From contig OZ244999.1 in NCBI GenBank assembly GCA_965223265.1, positions 6,400,001-6,464,000 of the forward strand: a stretch of 64,000 nucleotides of DNA. The letters run 5' to 3'. A model generated the notes under the pieces. That model made no database searches, had not been told where the DNA came from, and saw only the letters and a list, made by a program, of their open reading frames with translations. The position numbers and the translations under genes were made by a program. Numbering within the stretch: the stretch's first letter is position 1; each line of letters starts with the position of its first letter. The DNA comes from Planctomycetota bacterium (GTDB taxonomy: Bacteria > Planctomycetota > UBA8108 > SXIK01). Shown here piece after piece: positions 59,301-64,000 of this stretch.

Positions 59301-59509
59301 CGCCAACGCACCAGGATGTCCTGCAAAGTATTGTTGAGTGCATGCCCCATGTGCAAAGGCGCCGTGACGTTCGGCGGTGGGATCACAATCGCGTAGGGGA
59401 CTCCTGGGGAAGCGGCGTCGGCGTGAAAGGCTCCCGATTGTAACCACCGCGTGTGGATCTCGGGTTCGACGGCCGCCGGTTGATAGGTCTTGGCGAGTTC
59501 GGTACTCAT
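56387..59509 (-). CDS. valS: valine--tRNA ligase
   Basis: PPPNVT, HMGH, DHAGIATQ, TTRPET, DWCISRQLWWGHRIP, KMSKS, C-terminal coiled coil. Confidence 0.97.
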   Translation of the reverse strand: MSTELAKTYQPAAVEPEIHTRWLQSGAFHADAASPGVPYAIVIPPPNVTAPLHMGHALNNTLQDILVRWRRMQGRNAMWMPGTDHAGIATQTVVEKRVLQEEGKRRTDFDRDVFVAKIQAWKDEYEARITEQLRAMGCSCDWERQRFTMDPVCAAAVREAFFRLFSEGLIYRGKRLVNWDPVTQTALADDEVEMQEVDGSFWYLRYPLTEPVQCDGETIDSIVVATTRPETMLGDTAVAMNPNDPRAPALRGAQVRLPIVDRIIPIVEDDYVILPDPDGDEKARFSSGFLKVTPAHDPNDWEIGLRFGLDVINVMAPDASVSRDYGWPEAEFASGAAREAEQFLGLSREEARAGIVEWFKTNGLLDSVKPYRHAVGHSYRSHVPIEPYLSDQWYVKVTDERLAGAALRAMNPEQRTASEGCVWRRDDDPPEGATARGKAETEWHGALKFYPPRYAKIFQAWHENIRDWCISRQLWWGHRIPVWSADAGAQFDITPYGDRLALQVIGERHYICVRRPDQELEEALAAAGFVQDDDVLDTWFSSALWPISTLGWPKPEDFPDSFQSDPRPLDTWNPSDTLCTAREIITLWVSRMVMFNLFFRDRLPFRDVFIHAMIQDGEGQKMSKSLGNGVDPLDIIHHHGSDAMRFTLASMTTNTQDVRMPVDIVCPHTGETFTPRMVTTSAGHRVAAPLQECPSDPSKQMVTSYGIVSGEARSATDTPQARNTSSKFEFGRNFANKLWNAVRFSLGHLTDSCGAANGQPDLASRWLLSRLAGVIGESTRALESYEFGAYAQQLYSFTWRDFCDWYIEAIKPTVQDDLVQQRVLASAIDAILRLLHPSMPFVTEKLWESLSARVAERGVEGLALPAGDLLIRAPWPSVDATLVDAAAEEAFALVQSVVTAVREVRTTHKVAPRERIVLTARASAPLAARLSEHAPLIATLATVEFGSIGPEVTQPDRAGSTAVGEIELYLHDLVDVDAERERLARRLQDVGGRVKSLTGRLANENYVSKAPSHLVEETRQQLVDAEREAEALKAQLAELG

Positions 59510-59518
59510 TTCGATTAG

Positions 59519-59677
59519 CAGCCTGTTAAAAAGTGCTTCGAGCCGAAAACTGGTCTCTTCGCGTCCAGGTCGGCTGCGGCAAACGCAGGTAATCTCCGAG
59601 ATTATCGAGTATTGACGCGGTCGAGCTGGGCGTGAAGAGGGCAGTTTCTCGGCCGAATGACTTTTTCAGGCGGGCTG
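59519..59677. mobile_element. MITE-like fold-back element A, full copy (159 bp)
   Basis: Same ends and interior as 15725; TTAG on both sides. Confidence 0.88.
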
Positions 59678-59681
59678 TTAG

Positions 59682-59929
59682 CTCGAGTTTGGCCATTTCG
59701 CGTCGAGTCTGGGAACGCCAGGAGCGTCGAAGCCAAGGAACGACTCGGGCGCGATCCCGCTCGGGTCGTGGCGGAGGACGGGCGCAGGCATCGGCGCTCC
59801 TCCCCGAAGGGCCGGACAGGAGTTTTTGAATGGGCACAAGGGTTCTCAGGGTACAAAAAAGTTGAAAGGGCCTTTGAATCCCCGCGAAACTCGTCCGGCC
59901 AGGCCGGCGCGAAATGGCCAAACTCGAGG
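59682..59929. mobile_element. MITE-like element B
   Basis: Same 21-bp TIR as 15888; followed by ttaggttag. Confidence 0.8.
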
Positions 59930-60112
59930 TTAGGTTAGGACTCTTGATGCGCGATCCGAAGGAAGTTTGAGGAAAAGAGCGAGGCGGCGATTCGAACGAG
60001 TTGAAAAGTAGCAGGCACGCCCGGTTCGTAAGGATTCATGTGCCGCTGCGGTCGAGCCGCCGAAGAGAGAGCGGACAACACAAAGGTGTACGCCTGCCAC
60101 CTCGGCTCGAGA

Positions 60113-60883
60113 TCATTCCCGTGTGAGATTCGAGGCGACGACCGGGCACTCCAGGATGCCGACGCCCGTAATCTCAACCTCGACAACGTCACCGGCACGC
60201 ATCTTTGGGATGGCTTTGCTGGCCCCCGTGAAGATCACGTCGCCGACTTCGAGAGTGATGGACTGAGACACCATCGAGACGAGCTCGGCTGGCCCCATCA
60301 CCATGTGATCCGTGTTCGTGCGTTCGAGCTCACGCCCGTTGACACGCAGTATGATGTCGTGGCCGGACGCCCCAAGTGACCGGACGATCCGCCCTCCAAC
60401 GGGAGCAATTCCATCTGCAGACTTCCCGGCCAACGACGGCGCCAGCTGCAACTGGCCGTCCGCGTCGGTAACAGACGGCGAACCGTCCATGCCGCAGGTG
60501 TAACCGTAGATGAACTCCTCCGCCTCGTCGACCGACACGTTGCGCGCCCGTCGCCCGATGATGATCACCAGTTCTGCTTCGTAGAGAACGGTGTCATAAG
60601 CGTGAGGCAGAACGATCGGGTCGCCCGCTCGGGCCAGCGACGAGGCTGCACGGACGAAGAAGCCAGGCTTTGCGACCGGCACGTCGGGATCGAGCGGCGG
60701 AAAATTCTTCATGATGCCGATTGCCTTCGTCGGCGGCGGCAAAAGCTCAAAGAGACGTGCACGCGGCAGCTCCGAAGGAACCAAATCCGGAGACTGAGCG
60801 CAGCCGGGAAACCCACCGAGCGAAAGCAAGAGCAAAACCAAGCCAGCGCCATGAGCGCAGACGAGGGAACGATACCCACTCAT
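60113..60883 (-). CDS. fumarylacetoacetate hydrolase family protein with putative signal peptide
   Basis: YEAELVIIIG, IYGYTC, GKSAD..PVG, TLEVGDVIFTG; hydrophobic N-terminus ending FPGC; start uncertain. Confidence 0.85.
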   Translation of the reverse strand: MSGYRSLVCAHGAGLVLLLLSLGGFPGCAQSPDLVPSELPRARLFELLPPPTKAIGIMKNFPPLDPDVPVAKPGFFVRAASSLARAGDPIVLPHAYDTVLYEAELVIIIGRRARNVSVDEAEEFIYGYTCGMDGSPSVTDADGQLQLAPSLAGKSADGIAPVGGRIVRSLGASGHDIILRVNGRELERTNTDHMVMGPAELVSMVSQSITLEVGDVIFTGASKAIPKMRAGDVVEVEITGVGILECPVVASNLTRE

Positions 60884-61224
60884 CTGGTGCCTCATTCGAG
60901 AAGAAAAGAATAGAAGTTGGTGAACGCCTCTCAGTACTCCCAGCGCCTTCCGGCAAAGCGAATCTTCGCACGTCTGTCGCAAGCGCCGGAGACAGTTCTC
61001 GGCACGCGCACGCCTTCAGTGAACCGCTCTCGGAATGCACGAACATACCGAGTCGCGGGCTGCGTGGCAAGCGCGCCAGCCGCCGGGTACGCCGGATGCT
61101 TTCCAATCGTGGTGTTGGCTCGTATCATGGCAAGCTTCCTGGCCGGACACCGCGCCCGGACACCGCGCACCGTCAGCAAAGACTCTTCTGTCCCGAAGGC
61201 GCTCAAGTCGCAAGATCGACAGCG

Positions 61225-62613
61225 ATGAAGGAATACCTCGACCCCACGGGCTGCCCCGGCGAGAAGCCGCAGCTCAAGAATATGGCCGCCGACACCAGGG
61301 CCTTGCACGACGCGATCGATCGCGTCATGCGCGAGCAGGGCGTGCCTTATTTGCACCCAGCCGGCGCCAGCATTCAGCTGGACATGCTCGGCTCCCAGCG
61401 CGTGATCGCCTGGCAGGAAGGCAAGGCGGAGGCGGTGTTTAGCGGCGACGCGTGCTGGTCGCAGCTGCCGCAGATCTACGGTCGTTACGGAGTCGAGAGC
61501 AGCCGCACGTTGATCGCAACCGTCCGCAAGTTGGAGCAGGCAGCGGGCGCGATCGTCACCGATTGCGGCATGCAGGCGTGTGCGCTTCTCTTCGACGTTC
61601 TCTTGCAGCCAGGGAGCCACGCGGTCGTTTTGCGACAGGTCTACAACAAAGCGAAGAAGCACCTCGAGTGGCTTGCCCAGCGCACCGGGTCCAGTTTGAC
61701 GTTCGTCGATGGTCTGGGAGTGGACGAATTGGAACGCGCCGTGCGCCCAACCACTCGACTCGTATTCTACGAAACCTACTCGAACCCCCTCACCCGTGCG
61801 CTCGACCCTGAGGAGCTTGGCGCCGCCGCCGCTCGACTGCGCGCGGCGAAGGCACCTGGCCTACACCTAGTGGTCGATGACACCGTCGCGTCTCCCTGGG
61901 GATTAAAAAAGCCGCTTCTGAGCTACGATGGAATTCACGCGGTGGTCGCCAGCGGTACGAAGTCCTTGGCTGGACAGGATCGCGACCTGTGGGGTTACGT
62001 CGCCGCGAACGACCTGGATCTCATGAATGAGGTGATGGATCTGGAGGCGACCCGTGGTGGCGGTCTGGACTGGCGCCGCGCTGAGGCGATCGTGGCGGGG
62101 CTGGACCGGGCGCGTGACCGCTTCGAGCAGCGCTGCTCGGCCGCAACTCGCGTCGCGGGGTTCCTTGCGGGACATCCCCGCGTCGAGAAGGTCTTCCATC
62201 CAAGCTTGTCCTCGCACGTCGATGCCGAAACGGTTCGCAAACACTACCGTCTCCCCGGGTCGCTCGTCGCCTTTCGCGTCGCGGGCCTCTCTGAAGACGG
62301 CGCTCGACACTTCGCCGACGTGCTCGCCACCACCACCGTGCCTCGATATGCCCTGAGCTTCGACGGATTGAGCACGAAGATCAATCACCACGTGACCGTC
62401 TCAGAGTATTTCACTCCTGCCGACGAGCTGGCCCGCTGCGGCTTCGATCGAATTCTCCGCCTTGGAGTCGGGACGGAACACCCAGATGATCTCATCGCCT
62501 GTCTCAACTGGGCGCTCTGGCACCATGATTCCGTCGACGCTCAAGAAGTCGCCGCCTGGCAGCGGCAGAGGACCGAGGATCTAGGGATTTACCAGGAAGA
62601 CGCGAAGCCGTAG
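61225..62613 (+). CDS. Cys/Met-metabolism PLP-dependent enzyme (cystathionine gamma-lyase-like), divergent
   Basis: YGRYG, CGMQA, ETYSNP, VVDDT, SGTKSLAG, VFHP, LRLGVG.E..DDL. Confidence 0.85.
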   Translation: MKEYLDPTGCPGEKPQLKNMAADTRALHDAIDRVMREQGVPYLHPAGASIQLDMLGSQRVIAWQEGKAEAVFSGDACWSQLPQIYGRYGVESSRTLIATVRKLEQAAGAIVTDCGMQACALLFDVLLQPGSHAVVLRQVYNKAKKHLEWLAQRTGSSLTFVDGLGVDELERAVRPTTRLVFYETYSNPLTRALDPEELGAAAARLRAAKAPGLHLVVDDTVASPWGLKKPLLSYDGIHAVVASGTKSLAGQDRDLWGYVAANDLDLMNEVMDLEATRGGGLDWRRAEAIVAGLDRARDRFEQRCSAATRVAGFLAGHPRVEKVFHPSLSSHVDAETVRKHYRLPGSLVAFRVAGLSEDGARHFADVLATTTVPRYALSFDGLSTKINHHVTVSEYFTPADELARCGFDRILRLGVGTEHPDDLIACLNWALWHHDSVDAQEVAAWQRQRTEDLGIYQEDAKP

Positions 62614-62847
62614 AATCTCGACACTCCATCGCGCAGACTTGGGAGTCAGCCCGTCTTGCCGCCAGACTCGGCACGGGAACGAGACCGAGACGACTCCTGC
62701 TGAAGCGCTCGAGCGGGTTCGGACGCGCTCGGGACTGAATCACTGCCATTCGGGTTTGACCCGTAGGAGCTGGGCCGCGAAAGGCACTGTTCGACAGGCG
62801 GCCAACCCTCGATCTCAAGAATCCAAAAATCTGACCGGAGGCTGAAC

Positions 62848-63288
62848 GTGTCAAAGTTGGTGTTGGAGTTCCACGACTGGAGAGAGTTGCGTGCCGACGA
62901 CGAGAACGAACGCGCCGCGCTTTTTCTTTTCAGCCTCGCGAGTGAAAGCAGCCGCAAGGCCGGCATCCGCCTCGATCAGGAGCACACGTTTTGGACGGAA
63001 GTGAAGCTTCGTCGCGACCTGGCAGCGCGAGGAAGCTGGCCGCAGCTGTCGAAGCAAGACACGCTCAAGGCGATGTTTCGCTGGGCACAAGAGCGCATTC
63101 TGGCGCGCGGCACGAAACTTCGGCAAGCGCCGATGTTCTGGACCGCGACGAGTCCACTAGCCTCCGGACCGCCGTGGGACCTGAGCTCGGTGCAGTTTCC
63201 GAAAGCTCCGCCGGTGACGTTCGAGGTGACGCAGGAGATGGCGGAGTCCGGAACGGGTTCGCGCGTTGGCGCGGGTCACCCGGCGTAA
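62848..63288 (+). CDS. hypothetical protein
   Basis: GGAGG RBS before GTG; 146 aa, host-like codon use, no recognised motif. Confidence 0.65.
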   Translation: MSKLVLEFHDWRELRADDENERAALFLFSLASESSRKAGIRLDQEHTFWTEVKLRRDLAARGSWPQLSKQDTLKAMFRWAQERILARGTKLRQAPMFWTATSPLASGPPWDLSSVQFPKAPPVTFEVTQEMAESGTGSRVGAGHPA

Positions 63289-63321
63289 TCGCCTGGTCGA
63301 CTCCGTCCAGCTGAGAATGCC

Positions 63322-64000
63322 CTATGGATCTATCTGCACCTTGAGGCGAGTTTCGAACGTATGGGCAACCAACTCGCCAGGCTTTGGGACGCGCAAACGG
63401 TAGGTCCGCGCATCGCGTCCTCGGCGCCCGGGAGAAAAAGTCACCATCCAGTTCGCTCCCGTCTTCGACCCGCGTCTCGACGCGCCCCTCGACACGGGTC
63501 GAGCACCGCTGGCGCGGGTGACCACGTTTTTCGCATCGACGATGGACAGGGAGCGCATTGGGAGAGGAAAACCCGTAGCCTCGAGCAGTACCTCAAGGTG
63601 TCGGCCTCGGAAACGCTCCCCGCGGACATGAAGTGTCGATTGACCCAGTTCGATCAGCGACGGAAAAACCGGGACTTGGACGTCCTCGTCAGCACCTAGT
63701 TGCCGTACGATCAATTTCCCGCTGCCTATCTTCTCACCCACCTCCTCGACTGGAAAACGCACGGTGAGCTTTGCTTCTTGGCGTTTAACTTCACCGCCCA
63801 CAACGCCTTCGACGCGGTCGCCGCCGGCAGTGAGGAGGTCAACGATCGGAAGAAACCGTCGACGCTCGAGCTCGAGTTTTTTGAGCTGAACTTCGATCGT
63901 GTGTAGATCCTTGTCGCTGGAGACGCTCACAACGCGCAGCGAGCCTCCCTCGCCAACGTTCTGCCATGTGCGAGTCATCGCGTTGAGAGGCTGATCTGTC
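63322..64000 (-). CDS. hypothetical protein, 5' end probably outside the window
   Basis: Frame is open to the window edge; protein-like composition; converges on the 62848 gene. Confidence 0.55.
   Translation of the reverse strand, partial: TDQPLNAMTRTWQNVGEGGSLRVVSVSSDKDLHTIEVQLKKLELERRRFLPIVDLLTAGGDRVEGVVGGEVKRQEAKLTVRFPVEEVGEKIGSGKLIVRQLGADEDVQVPVFPSLIELGQSTLHVRGERFRGRHLEVLLEATGFPLPMRSLSIVDAKNVVTRASGARPVSRGASRRGSKTGANWMVTFSPGRRGRDARTYRLRVPKPGELVAHTFETRLKVQIDP

Noticed and set aside
59510-59940. T-box leader for valS
   Set aside because: No T-box consensus seen; the sequence is the dispersed A+B repeat
60900-61224. SAM riboswitch upstream of the Cys/Met enzyme
   Set aside because: No recognisable SAM-I/II core; only a 13-bp direct repeat (ccggacaccgcgc x2)

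Overview
GC-rich bacterial chromosomal segment, almost certainly Planctomycetota. Markers are two DUF1549/DUF1553 + DUF1501 modules, a lamin-tail/CotH protein, a dockerin-like FGE protein and a TPR + twin RNAP alpha-CTD protein. Housekeeping genes (ruvA, acpS, pcrA/uvrD, xerC, valS, a dksA-like gene, tRNA-Thr(CGT)) are mixed with catabolic, envelope and metal-transport genes. I see no CRISPR array, prophage or transposase. The best-supported unexplained signal is non-coding: a 159-bp fold-back element (A) in three full and several deleted copies, with copy-specific 4-bp NTAR target duplications, repeatedly sitting on stop codons. It travels with a second ~250-bp TIR element (B), and one A+B composite lies 9 bp upstream of valS. 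Other candidates: a hexamer-repeat module family with an 11 x 30-bp array, a terminator-bounded candidate sRNA before a VIT1 gene, an orphan Zn-ribbon DNA methylase plus stand-alone LLM next to tRNA-Thr, and several divergent or fused proteins. All calls come from reading motifs by eye; no searches were run, novelty is untested and many start codons are best guesses.
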